DNA of 64,000 nt from Octopus vulgaris (GCA_951406725.2 OX597830.1:21514001-21578000); one strand, 5' to 3'; numbered from the stretch's first letter, positions 28,179 through 41,475 are shown. The notes: generated from the letters alone by a model not told the origin. Numbers and translations: made by a program.

Positions 28179-28339
28179 GTTAACATAAACTCTAATATGC
28201 TTTTCTATGTCGCCATCATGTCTATCAGTTTCTCACACTGCAATAAACCACAGTTACAACAACGAGGATATACTCACAAATTAATAATTGTGTATAACGT
28301 AATTATTCACGTAATTATTTAAGATTAGTTTGGACTCCA

Positions 28340-28520
28340 AACAGCAGAACACAGCCATTACGCAGAAAGGCACGGCTTTTGAAAGCAGCTTACGGTGGCT
28401 GTGGCTGATAGTAGATCGCAGGTGGATCCTTCCTTGCTGCCCCATTCAAGCAATGCATAGAGGATAAAGGGCGAAACGGTTATGACCCTGAGATATCTTC
28501 TGGTGAAGCGGAAGGGTTTC
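28340..28520 (+). mobile_element. Possible HERO-like RLE retrotransposon 3' remnant
   Basis: TAFESSLRWLWLIVDRRW resembles, from recall, the AEKASRWLWLKR C-terminus of HERO elements; short and degraded. Confidence 0.35.
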
Positions 28521-28610
28521 CGACATTGCAATGGATTCAGACTCCTGCAGTTTCTGCTTGGGGCAAAGCATCTCTGGTGCTTATTTTACGTGAAATTAAT
28601 ATATATTTGT

Positions 28611-29445
28611 GGAGGCACATGGCCTAGTGGATAGAGCAGCAGGTTCGACTCTCAGACCGTGTGATGTGTGTTTATGAGCGAAAACGCCTAAGCTCCACGC
28701 GGCTCCGACAGAAGGTAATGGCGAACTTCTACTGACTCTTTCACCACAATTTTCTCTCACTCTTCCCTCCAGCATCTAGCAGCTCTCTTGCGACGGACCG
28801 GCGTTCCATCCGCGAAATTTTTTTCCCACGAGAGTTCCGGATCCCAATTATGAACTCATTTACATACAGCCAATCAGAGCTCAACTATCAAATTAATTCA
28901 TGAGCGCATAAGAAGCGATGTACGATAAGATAAGGTCAGTTGGGTAAGGAATGATCATGATTCTTTTCTCTTTTAATAGGGCTCCTTGATCTTGTACTTG
29001 TTTCAACCATGGCTGCCTCTTGCGTTCTTTACTTTGTAAAGTAGTAAGGGGAAAGGGTTGCTAGCACATCACCCTCTACCCACATTCTTCCCATCCGCAT
29101 CTTTACCATACGGATCCCTAACAAAATCTGATAATAGGTATAGATGCAAATCTATCTAATTACTCGTCTCCTAAAATCAGGCATAACTTGGCGATCGATC
29201 CATCTACGACATCGTTCCTCGTCTTGAGTTTATTTGGGAGAGTGTGTTTGTCAACTTGACAACAAGGCCAAGATGAGTTCTGATTGGCTGTCTGCAAATG
29301 AGTTCATTACTGGGGTCCGGAACTCTCGTGGGAGAAAAAAGAATTTCGCGTCCCATCAAGTTGGGAAACGTTATACGCCAATGAAACCGAGAAACTGGCC
29401 CTTATGAGCCAGGCATGGCTTGAGAAGGAACAAAAGACAACAACA
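28611..29445 (+). mobile_element. SINE family C split by a TIR element
   Basis: Head and body 28611-28811; tail resumes at 29350 (gtcccatc..gaaaccgagaaactggcccttatgagccaggcatggc), collinear with the 55224 copy. Confidence 0.85.
28812..29349. mobile_element. Non-autonomous DNA transposon with ~70-bp TIRs (Mutator-like by TSD)
   Basis: gcgaaattt..cccacgagagttccgga..atgaactcattt..cagccaatcaga inverted at both ends; 9-bp flanks gttccatcc / gtcccatca. Confidence 0.8.
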
Positions 29446-29869
29446 ACAATATATATTTGGTCACATTGTGAAAACCACATACATACATACATACATACAT
29501 ACATACATACATACATACATACATACATACATACATACATACATACATACATACATACATACATACATACATACATACATACATAAGAATTTGCACGCCA
29601 AACATGGAACGAGAAGGCTTTAATCCAAATCATTACAATTGTCAAGTACTGAACTCAATTGTCAATTAATACATTTTGAAATCTGATGATTACTACGAAC
29701 GTATGAAAGCGCTAATAGAACGTTATGAATATTTACTAAATATCTATTTAACGTTTAACACACCTCAACATTGTCAAAAATGTTTTTCAAATACAAAAAC
29801 AAAAAACGTGAAGACCAAACCATGTTGTAACTTTATTCAACTGATATATTATTCTACACAAATTCGAGA

Positions 29870-29922
<53 letters not shown>

Positions 29923-30082
29923 CATGCACACACACATATATAGGCGCACATATACACATTTACATACGTGTGTGTGTGTGCTCGCGCGCGTGGCGTAAGT
30001 ACATTGTAAGTGAGAAGCGATTAGACAATCGAGATGTGTATGTATGTGTGAAATATATTAAAATGCATGATATATATATGCA

Positions 30083-30123
<41 letters not shown>

Positions 30124-30129
30124 TATATA

Positions 30130-30590
30130 TATAATAAATATTAGGGAATAAATCCAAACTTACAGGGAAAAATCAGATTTAGGATTGAATCCAATTTTAT
30201 AGTAAAAAATTATATTATATTAAATTAGAGATAAAACCACTATTAGGCAAATCATACAATGAAAAACTTAAGCCAATACATAAGATTATTTAATTTATAT
30301 TATTTAAATATATAACAAAATTATTTAAAAAATATAATTAATATAACACTACGATCGTTTCATGGCTGTTAATTTCTTTAAATTTTCGAGTTACAGTCAT
30401 TCATCAGGTGGTTTAAATATTTAACTTGGTGAGGTTTAATCAATGAACAGCCATGAAACGATCGTAGTGCTATATTAATTATATTTTTTTAATAATTTTG
30501 TTATATATTTAAATAATATAAATTAAATAATCTTATGTATAGGCTTAAGTTTTTCATTGTATGATTTGCCTAATAGTGGTTTTATCTCTA

Positions 30591-30595
<5 letters not shown>
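30130..30595. mobile_element. Family J inverted-repeat insertion (Penelope-like) with central hammerhead
   Basis: Arms 30222-30370 and 30446-30594 are near-perfect reverse complements; (TA)n on both flanks. Confidence 0.8.
30345..30412 (-). ncRNA. Type I hammerhead ribozyme candidate
   Basis: cac-CTGATGA-ATGACTGT..ACAGCCAT-GAAAC-gatc-GTA-gtg: intact core, 7/8 stem II, palindromic ACGATCGT, GUA site. Confidence 0.75.
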
Positions 30596-30665
<70 letters not shown>

Positions 30666-30671
30666 TCTATG

Positions 30672-30705
<34 letters not shown>

Positions 30706-30749
30706 TGTATGTATTTATGTATGTATGTATGTATGTATGTATATACGTA

Positions 30750-31250
30750 TATGGTTGTGTAGATAGAAGCATGCTTCTCAACCACATGATTCCGGGTTCA
30801 GTCCCACTGCATAGCAAGCACCTTGTGGAAATGTCTTCTACTAGAGCCCTAGGCCGACCAAAGCCCGGTGTGTGGGTTTGGTAGACGGAAACTGAAAGAA
30901 GCTCGTCGTCTCTACCTATCTATCCATCTATATTTATATATATATGTGTGTATGTGTGTGTGTATGTGTGTGTGTGTGTGTATGTGTATAAATATGCTTG
31001 TATATATATCCATGTGTGTGCATGTGCGTGCGTTCTTGTGTCTTTGTTTGCCCTCCACTAATGGTTTTGGTGTGTTTACCTACCCCTAACTTAGCGCTTT
31101 GGCAAAAAAGAATTGATAGAATAAGTGCAAGGCTTTAAAAAAATATATCCTGGGGGTCGATTTGTTCGATTAAATAAAATTCCTTCGAAGTGGTGCTCCA
31201 ACATGGCCGCAGGCAAGTGACTGAAACAAACAAAAGAAAGGATAAAAGAC
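30750..31250 (+). mobile_element. SINE family A (older copy)
   Basis: Both halves recognisable. Confidence 0.82.
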
Positions 31251-32291
31251 AAAATATACACTGATGATGGAAAGTAATACACATTAGCAAGACAATTGCC
31301 GACGTAATGGTGCGTCGAACAAAAATACTTTGCGATACATGTTCCACCCGAACTGCCCGTATACTTCCTTGTCATTCACCATTGGAGATGCACTGAACCG
31401 GAGACTGGGTTGTTTGAAACCTGGAACCGATGAAGTTATTGTCCACAGAATCGGAACGCTTGATGATTTCATACATACAGACAGACAAACAGACAGACAG
31501 GCTGGCATGCATGCATACATACATACATACATGCACACATACACACACTCACATACATACAAACATACGGGCAGACAGGCTTGCATTCATACATACATAC
31601 ATACATACATACATGCACACATACACACACTCAATATACACACTCACATACTTACATACATGCATAAATACACAAATGCATACATACATGTATACTGACA
31701 GACAGACAGAATTGCATGCATACATACATACATGCACACATACACACACTCACATACTTACATACATACATTCATACATACATACATGCATAACTACATG
31801 AATACATATATACATATAAGCATACATACGCACATATACACGCTCACATACTTACATATATACACACATACATATATGTATACATACATATATGTATACA
31901 TACATATATGTATACATACATATATGTATACATACATATATGTATACATACATATATACATGCATGCATAAATACATATATACAAATATGCATTCATACG
32001 TACATATATACATTCATATATACATACATGCGTACATAAATGCGCATATACGTACATATATACACATACACATACACACAACCAAAGACATATATATTTA
32101 CATATACTTACATGTAGATATAGGTACACACAGATTCAGTTCAACGCGTACAAACATGTGTGTGTGTATGTGTGTGTGGCGTAAGTCCATAGTAAGCGGG
32201 GAGGGATTAGACAATCCAGACGTTTATGTATACTATAATATAATCTATAATATATATATATATATATACGTATATATATATATATATATAT

Positions 32292-32337
<46 letters not shown>

Positions 32338-32353
32338 TTATTTACTTATTTAT

Positions 32354-32440
32354 ACTAGCAGAATTGCCCGGCGTTGCTCGGGGCAGAATTGCTTGAAAGT
32401 ACTGTTAATGATTGCACTGAATTAACATGATTATTCAGGC
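32354..32440 (-). mobile_element. Helitron-like 3' terminus
   Basis: Minus cccgagcaacgccggg GC hairpin followed 8 nt later by CTAG-T. Confidence 0.55.
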
Positions 32441-33419
32441 AATATATATATATATATAATATATATAATAGATAATGTATGTATGTATGTATGTATGTAT
32501 GTATGTATGTATGTACGTATGTATGTATGTATGTATGTTTGTATGCATGTATGTATGTATGTATGTATGTATGTATGTATGTATGTATGTGTGTGTACGT
32601 ATGTGTGTGTGTGTGTATGTATTATATAAACACGCTGACACATTCTCTGGCCGTTATGGTACATTTGATTCAATAGGAGGTGGTGGAGGTGGTGGCAGCT
32701 ATTTTGTCCCTTTTGTCTGCAGAAAAAAGGTAAAAAGGGATGTTGGTGGGAGCGGCGGTTTAGGTGGTAGAAGTGGCGTTGTTGTTGCCGGTGGTGATGA
32801 TGGTGGTGGTGGTGGTGATGGTGCTGGTGGTTACGGTGGTGGGTTTCATAACTGTGGTGGTAGTTGTGGTGGAGGTAGTCGTGACACTGATTACCATAGT
32901 GCTAATAAGGGAGTAGCAGCAGTAATAGTAGTAGTGGTAGTAGTAATAGCAGTAGATTTGGTGATGATGGTGGTGGTGGTGGTGGTGCCGGTGTTGGTGC
33001 GGTTGCTGCTGATGTTGATGCTGCTTGTGGTGATAGTGGTAGCTGCTGTGTTGTTGTTGGTGGTGGTGTTGGTGGTAGTGGTGGTGGCGGTGGTTATCGT
33101 CGTCGTAGTAATGGTATCATTTTTTATGTTCTATGACCCCAGGTCTACCTTAATGAGGTTCAATTATGATCAAGGGTGTTTCAGCATTGGCCATCTCGGC
33201 TCATTTTCTGACATGATACTCGAATACCTGATTCGAAAGGATATTTCACTGCCATTTCTGTCTCGTCAGCACCACTTACAGGTATTTTGCATTTGGCTGT
33301 AACATTGTGCGCGGCGGCACTTGTCGTAGTGGCTCTCCTTAATACTCTCACGCACTCTCATCGCTATCACCTCATTTGGAGAGAGAGAGAGGAGGGAATG
33401 AAAGAGAGAGGAAGAAAGA

Positions 33420-33632
33420 AAGGGAGATGTTGATTCGCTATCTTCTGCACGCATTTTTTTTCTCTCCTTGTTTCTTTCCGTGTTTCTTTTCTATGTATCT
33501 TTCTGTTGAAGAGCGTAGGCTCGAAACGTAAAAGACTTGTTTTATTTATATTCCTGAGCGCCATACTAATACAATTGTTTGTTTGTACTCCACCTGCCTT
33601 CGTCTTTTGCTTATTTTCATAAAGCTTCCCGT
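33420..33632 (+). mobile_element. Family K Penelope-like fragment with hammerhead-like motif (33498-33535)
   Basis: tcttt-CTGTTGA-a-GAGC-gtag-GCTC-GAAA-cg-TA-aaaga; stems perfect, A6 replaced by U. Confidence 0.6.
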
Positions 33633-33670
33633 TAGATAGATATATAGATAGATAGATAGATAGATAGATT

Positions 33671-33719
<49 letters not shown>

Positions 33720-33908
33720 TGAGTGTGTGAGAGAAAGGAAGAGAGGGAAGAGAGAGAGAGAGAGAGAGAGGATATCAGAAAGCGAAGAATGGTAATTACA
33801 TGCTTTATTGTCCAGTGCCATGACTCCGTTATGATTACATGATGATGATGATGATGATGACGATGGCCATGATGATAACGATGATGATGATGTTGGTGGT
33901 GATGATGG

Positions 33909-33940
<32 letters not shown>

Positions 33941-34169
33941 GTGATGATGGTGATGATGATGGTGATGATGATGATGATGATAATGATGATGATGGTGATG
34001 ATGGTGATGATGATGATGATGATAATGATGATGATGGTGATGATGGTGATGATGATGACGGTGATGACCATGGAAAGGATGACCAAGGAGGATAATGACA
34101 AAGGTGATGATGAAGATGAAGAGGAGGCTGAGGAGGAGGTGAAAGAAGACGATGACAACGACGACGACA

Positions 34170-34201
<32 letters not shown>

Positions 34202-34419
34202 GGTGGTGGTGGTGTTGATTTAGGTGATGATGAGGATGGTGATGAATACGACGAGTACGAGGACGACCATCACCGCCACCATGATGACGACGACGACGAC
34301 GATGACGACGACAATCATCCCCTCTGTCGCCATCATGGAAATGATGATCACAATGACAGTGACAAAGGTGATGACGATGATGAAGAGGAGGAATTGGAGG
34401 AGATGAAGAAAGACGATGG

Positions 34420-34451
<32 letters not shown>

Positions 34452-34674
34452 GCGGCGGCGATGATGATGATGATGATGATGATGACGATGTTGTCAGTCC
34501 AGACTGGAAACATGAGGCAGAGGAAATGGGCAGCACATAGAGATTCATTATGTCGTCCAGCTGTTCCCTGTTGGCAACTGTGTTCCCTGCTATTGCATCG
34601 ATGGCAGCGGAAGTGCTGTAATAAAAGCGGAAGTAATATATTTTAAATCGAAGCAACGACTGGGCGTTATTGAG

Positions 34675-34749
<75 letters not shown>

Positions 34750-34750
34750 C

Positions 34751-34873
<123 letters not shown>

Positions 34874-34874
34874 C

Positions 34875-34909
<35 letters not shown>

Positions 34910-34932
34910 TGATAGATAGATAGATAGATAGG

Positions 34933-35009
<77 letters not shown>

Positions 35010-35018
35010 CTATCTATC

Positions 35019-35064
<46 letters not shown>

Positions 35065-35069
35065 TAGAT

Positions 35070-35152
<83 letters not shown>

Positions 35153-35275
35153 GAGAGAGAAAGTCAATAAGAGAAATGAACAAAGACTTATTAATAAAAC
35201 GTTTGTTGTCTGCTCGCGAGTTTCATTGTTTGTATATGGACGTTCGTACGGATACACACACAGAAAAAGACAAAG

Positions 35276-35332
<57 letters not shown>

Positions 35333-35694
35333 ATTATATGAGCGTGTATGTGTGCGTGTTGCGTGCGTGTGTGCGTCTGTATACCTCATGCAACACACGT
35401 GTGTTAATGGGAAGCCGTCTGAGGTGTCAAACGAGACGGTGCCGCAGCACTCACGGATGTAGCTCACCGTGACTTAATAATAACAACATCAATGACGTCA
35501 GCGTCAACAATAATCTGAACAGCTCAAAACACACCGGCGATATCAAGTCAACGAGTGTACCTCCAACATGGACACACTTGCCTGCTAGAAATAGCAGCAA
35601 AATCTCCGTCATGTGTGTGTGTGTGTGTGTATGTGTGAGTGGTGTTGATAATGGTGATGGTGGTGGTGGTGATGGTGATGGCGGAGATATGGCT

Positions 35695-35778
35695 GATGGT
35701 AAGAATGGCGGTTCTTATGGTAAGAATGGCGGTTCTGATGGTAAGAATGGCGGTTCTGATGGTAAGAATGGTGGTTCT
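35695..35778. repeat. 21-bp minisatellite, 4 copies
   Basis: gatggtaagaatggcggttct repeated four times with single substitutions. Confidence 0.9.
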
Positions 35779-35989
35779 GATGGTTGTAATGATGGTGATG
35801 ATGAGCGAACGACGAGGTGGCCACTTCGGAATGTCTTTGAGCAAAGATCTATTCCATCAGAGCAACATCAATATATATATGCAAGTCTCACCTACAACAC
35901 TAAGAGCAGCGATTACAACTTGAATAAACAGCAACGACGACAGCAATACGTGGAAGAATAACAACAAGCATTATTATTACAAAACAAAG

Positions 35990-36415
35990 AAAGGCGGTGA
36001 GCTGGTAGAATCGTTAGCACGCTGATCAAAATGCTTAGCGACGTTTCGTCCGTCTTTACTTTCTCATGCCAAAATTCTGCCGAGGTCGACTTTCATCCTT
36101 TCGAGGTCGATAAAATAAGTACCAGTGGAGTACTGGGGTCAGTATAATCAGCTTATCCCCTCTCACGAATTTGCTGGCCTTGTGCCAAAATTTGAAACCA
36201 TTATTACAAAACGAAGGGAGTCGGCGAGCTGGCAGAATCGTTAGCACATCGGACAAGATGCTTAGCGCTGTTTCGTCCGTCTTCTGAGTTCAAACTCTGC
36301 TGAGCCCGACTTCGCTTCTCATTCCTTTGAGAGCGATAAAATAAGTACCACTGGGATAGATGTAATCGAGTAGTTCCTTCCACCAAATTTCTCGTCTTGT
36401 ACATATTGAAGGTAG
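35990..36415 (+). mobile_element. Two tandem SINE family B copies
   Basis: Heads at ~35991 and ~36220, each with gagctgg(t/c)agaatcgttagcac and cgataaaa(a)taagtacca. Confidence 0.85.
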
Positions 36416-36417
36416 GG

Positions 36418-36497
<80 letters not shown>

Positions 36498-36500
<3 letters not shown>

Positions 36501-37120
36501 TCCTTCTTTCTTCAAATTTTCTTCCATTTCTCGCCGAGTGTTTTCCGTACACCTTGGGCAGAGAAGCTCATTGTATGCATTCCCAGATTTACAGACACAA
36601 ATTCGCAGGTAAAATATGTATTTTAAAAAATTAATAAACAAAAAAATTCATGAATGGATGTTGTTTTCACAACGATAATGCTCTTCTCAGTACATGAGTC
36701 GTTCCTGTTAACACGATTTTTTGCACTTCCTGTAGGGATGGTAAGCCTGGTATCATTTTCAAATAGGTTTCAGTACCTTTTTTTTTATCATTCCCAGAGA
36801 TCCTACAATCACTGGTACTGTAGTCATCTTGAGATGCCTCATTTTTTCAATTTCTATTAGCAAGTCTTTATATTTACTGATCTTGTCAAATTCTTTCGCC
36901 GCTATATTCTGATCACAGGGAATACTCATGTCAATTAATAAACACACCTTTTTGTCTGATCTTTTATAATAATATCCGGTTTATTAGCTTTTATAGTTTT
37001 GTCGGAATATACGGTGAAGTCCCAGAGAATCGACACATTTTCTCCCTCATTCACAGCTTCAGGATGGTGTTTATACCATTTGTCAGTGGTTTTGATTTTA
37101 TAATGTTGACATATTTTCCT
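36498..37120 (-). mobile_element. 5'-truncated R4/Dong-like RLE retrotransposon
   Basis: Minus KWYKHHPEAV..ILWDF..KANKPDIII..LIDMSIPCD..KISKYKDL..VIVGSLG..THVLRRAL; (TAA)n on both sides. Confidence 0.9.
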
Positions 37121-37138
37121 TAATTATTATTATTATTA

Positions 37139-37219
<81 letters not shown>

Positions 37220-37220
<1 letters not shown>

Positions 37221-37776
37221 GTTTGACTTTTGCTTTACATTTGTACAAGTTGGCGCCAAGTCTCACCCAGAGACCTCAAGAGACAACTAGTTGGAAGTTC
37301 ATGTTGGTGTTATGCCTAGGGTGCCATATATTTGGTTTTGTACTTAGTGTTGTACTAGTGAATGTCTAAAAAAAAACCCGAAAATTATGTTTGTTTTAAA
37401 ACTTGAGATTACAAAGAAAGTATTTTGCGTAGGATATGGGCAGTTCCCATGAGCACTATATTGGTACACTGCGGTACAAATATACGAAGGCCAGTATACC
37501 CATCAAAAGGTCCTTGAATAAAGGTTTTTCAAGCATGATGAACAAAACACCTGTTTCCAGAAGTGAATTACTCAAGCACTCCAAAATTTCTCTCAACACA
37601 TGGCTATGATGCTCCCCTACTACTTCTACTCAACTGATTAAAGTCAAACCCCTGACAAGCAGATCCGTAGTATTGAGCAGAATATTTGCTGTGTCCCATA
37701 TTTTTTACCAAGACAAAGCAATGTACATAATAACACTTCAAATCAGTTAAGATCAGAAACCATGACAGCCAGTGCC

Positions 37777-37777
<1 letters not shown>
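37220..37777 (-). mobile_element. Chimera: internally deleted family G joined to an R4-like 3' end
   Basis: 37465-37777 is family G; 37220-37460 is IVLMGTAHILRKIL plus a 3' UTR matching 62496-62738. Confidence 0.8.
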
Positions 37778-37854
<77 letters not shown>

Positions 37855-37959
37855 AAATAGCTTGTGCAGGACGTTCGGCAAATCGCTGAATGTTCATACG
37901 TCGTCTTCGACGGGAGAGTCCATCATCATCATCATCATCATCATACACACACAAACACA

Positions 37960-38100
37960 CACATGTATATTGTATAAAAGATCGTGGATAAGGTCAAAAT
38001 AATGCAAAGTAAATACAAGGTAAATCACAAGAAAACAAATTAGTGAATTAATGTAGACTTACCTTGTATTCAATATTTCGGGGTTTATATTTCGGGGTAT
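37960..38100 (-). mobile_element. Family I fragment
   Basis: caaggtaaatcacaagaaaacaaat..cttaccttgtattcaatatttcgggg as at 40255-40322. Confidence 0.75.
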
Positions 38101-38106
38101 AATTAT

Positions 38107-38148
<42 letters not shown>

Positions 38149-38155
38149 CACCACC

Positions 38156-38198
<43 letters not shown>

Positions 38199-38263
38199 TC
38201 ATTATTATCGTTATTATTATTACTATTATTATTGTTGTTGTTATTGTTGTTGTTGTTATTATT

Positions 38264-38480
38264 AAGGCGGCGAGTTGGCAGAATCGTTAGCATGCCGGGC
38301 AAAATACTTCGCGACATTTCGTCCGTCTTTACGTTCTGAGTTCAAATTCCGCTGAGGTCGACTTGACCCTTCGTCGTTTCGGGATTGGTAAAATAAGTAC
38401 CAGTTATACACTGCGGTGCATGTAATCGATTAGCCCCACTCCTTCAAAATTTCAGTCCTTGCGCTCATTGCAAAAAGGAT
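38264..38480 (+). mobile_element. SINE family B
   Basis: aaggcggcgagttggcagaatcgttagc..gagttcaaattcc. Confidence 0.85.
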
Positions 38481-38805
38481 TATTACAAAACAGAGAACAA
38501 CAATAATATGCAGCGTAAGAAAGAAAGACGTATATAGGCAACAATAATAACAACAACTGCAACACAAGGAACCACTACCACCACCACCGCCACCACCACC
38601 ACCACAACAACAACAACAACAAAAAAAGACGAGCCAAACAAGCAGCATCGAACAACAGAGAAATATATGGAAATGTCCCTCCCCGCTCCTCACCCCCACT
38701 GCATCCATTCCGGACAAAAACAATTTGAAAACGAATGTACAACAAAACTTAATATGCACACAAAAAATAATAATAACAATAATGATAACAATAATAATAA
38801 TAATG

Positions 38806-38917
<112 letters not shown>

Positions 38918-39012
38918 TTTCATTTATTTGCCACCAGGGCGAAGGATGAGGGTGACAATTCAAAATAACAATAATAATAATAATAATGATAATAATAATA
39001 ATAATAATAATC

Positions 39013-39094
<82 letters not shown>

Positions 39095-39096
39095 TG

Positions 39097-39169
<73 letters not shown>

Positions 39170-39477
39170 TAATGATGATGATGAAGATGATGAGGATGAT
39201 GATGATGTTTTACTTCTATCACCACCCACCAATAACAATAACAACAGCAACATCGAAGAATACAATAGCCAGTACTGTATTGCGACTGATCCTCCCAGCG
39301 GGTGCAGGAAAAAAAGATGGAGGGGTGGTGGACACTTCCGGTGGATATATTAACTGCAGAAGTAAGTAAAAGCCACACAGGCAGAATACAGTGTAGTTCA
39401 TTATTCCTCATCCTTTTTGCTTTCCCCTCTTTCTCTCTCATCTCTTTCTTTCTTTCTTTCTTTCTTTCTCTCTCTTT

Positions 39478-39527
<50 letters not shown>

Positions 39528-39636
39528 TGTGTACTACGTCTGACATAATATGTTCTTACCAACGTGTACTTACAATGTCTGGATGAATCTGTTTCGTATT
39601 TGGAGCACACTCCTCCACAAATTTACACTGACAAAC

Positions 39637-39685
<49 letters not shown>

Positions 39686-40031
39686 ACACGCATACACCGA
39701 AAGACACACCTTATGCACAGACGCATATGTGTATGTGTGTGCTTACAAACATACATACATTCATACATACATACATACATACATACGTACATACATTCAT
39801 ACATACATACATATATAATACATACATACATACATACAGACATACATACATACATACATGCATACATACATACATACATACATACATACATACATACATA
39901 CATGCATATATACATACATACACGCATACATACATTTATATATATTTGCATTTAATAAAAGTTCGATTCAGCTCCATGCAACTTAAACTTTCGTAGGCTC
40001 ATCAAATAAACGTAACTCCAAAGACATAGAT

Positions 40032-40151
<120 letters not shown>

Positions 40152-40209
40152 TGTATGTATATATATTATGATGGAATAATTACTATGAAGCATTGTGTAG
40201 AATATATTG

Positions 40210-40517
40210 TATAAAAGGATTGTGGGTAAGGCCAAAACAATGCGTAGTAAATGCAAGGTAAATCACAAGAAAACAAATATGTGAATTAATGTAGACTTAC
40301 CTTGTATTCAATATTTCGGGGTTATGACCCCATTTTCAAGAAAATAAACAAATGTTGCATACACGCACATCGGCAACATTCGTCAATTTTTTGAAAATGA
40401 GGTCATAACCCCCGAAATATTGAATACAAGGTAGGTCTACATTAATTCACATACTTGTTTTCTTGTGATTTACCTTGCATTTACTTCGAATTGTCTTGGC
40501 CTTACCCACGATCTTTT

Positions 40518-40520
<3 letters not shown>
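40210..40520. mobile_element. Family I inverted-repeat insertion with two U3-A8 hammerhead-like motifs
   Basis: Arms ~40210-40345 and ~40385-40520 are reverse complements; each has TTGAAAA-t-G(G/A)GGT-cata-ACCCC-GAAA-ta-TT-gaa. Confidence 0.75.
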
Positions 40521-40610
<90 letters not shown>

Positions 40611-40612
<2 letters not shown>

Positions 40613-40905
40613 TGGACTCTCCCGTCGAAGACGACGTGTGAACAGTCAGCGATTTGCCGAACGACCTGCACAAGCGATTTGTTTATGGTGATGAAATGTT
40701 CGTGTTGCACACGAGCTCGGTCTCTGCTTCAAATCGATGTCTCAGCAGATGCATGGTGGGCCACTCGTCAGGTATCGAAGCGATTGCAGAGCAACATAAG
40801 ATGAAGTGTTTTGGTGAAAAACACATCGTACCACCTGGTCAATGAATTGAAATCGTGGTCTTATGATCGTGAGTGCAACACCATAACCACTAGGCCATGC
40901 GCCAT
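40611..40905 (-). mobile_element. tRNA-derived SINE family E
   Basis: Head tggcctagtggtta; tail gtcgtcttcgacgggagagtccatc also at 37855-37922 and ~58740. Confidence 0.75.
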
Positions 40906-40909
40906 CGCT

Positions 40910-40982
<73 letters not shown>

Positions 40983-41067
40983 TACTGTTCGGTGATGGTA
41001 CTATCAACAAAGAAAGCTCTCCATCTATCCATCTGGTGAGAGGTAAATATTATTTAATGAACACAAT

Positions 41068-41144
41068 ATGCTATTAGTTTCATGCGATGACGGCATCTCA
41101 GTATTTTTTAATACGTCTAGTATCCTAGTGCAATCTTCAGGCAT
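41068..41144 (-). ncRNA. Degenerate hammerhead candidate
   Basis: atgc-CTGAAGA-t-tgc..gca-t-GAAAC-ta-ATA-gcat; stem I perfect, stem III broken by one substitution. Confidence 0.4.
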
Positions 41145-41317
41145 TGCCAGCGTGGCATAACAAGCTAAAAATGGGACTATAGGATGAGAGACAAAACGGG
41201 AAAAGGCGAGAAAAAAGGTGGAAGGATGGAAAACCGGAAAACGAAAGAGAAAACAGAAGCAGAAGTGGGAGGATTAGAGCCATGTCCACTTTGACCGTAA
41301 ACTATAAGGCTGAAAAG

Positions 41318-41475
41318 AGTGTTATTATTTACATTATTTACATTTAACGGATATTTGCCCTCATTTTGTTTGCTGTTAACACAACGCTTCCGCTTATATA
41401 CTCTCCAGACTTCATCAGGTGTCTTGGGGAAATTTCGAATCTTGGTTCTCATTCCTAAAGTATTATTATTATTAC

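Noticed and set aside
33839-34540. 233-aa Met/Asp-rich ORF resembling an acidic matrix protein
   Set aside because: Built from GAT/GAC repeats with frame-dependent composition; no signal peptide or exon evidence
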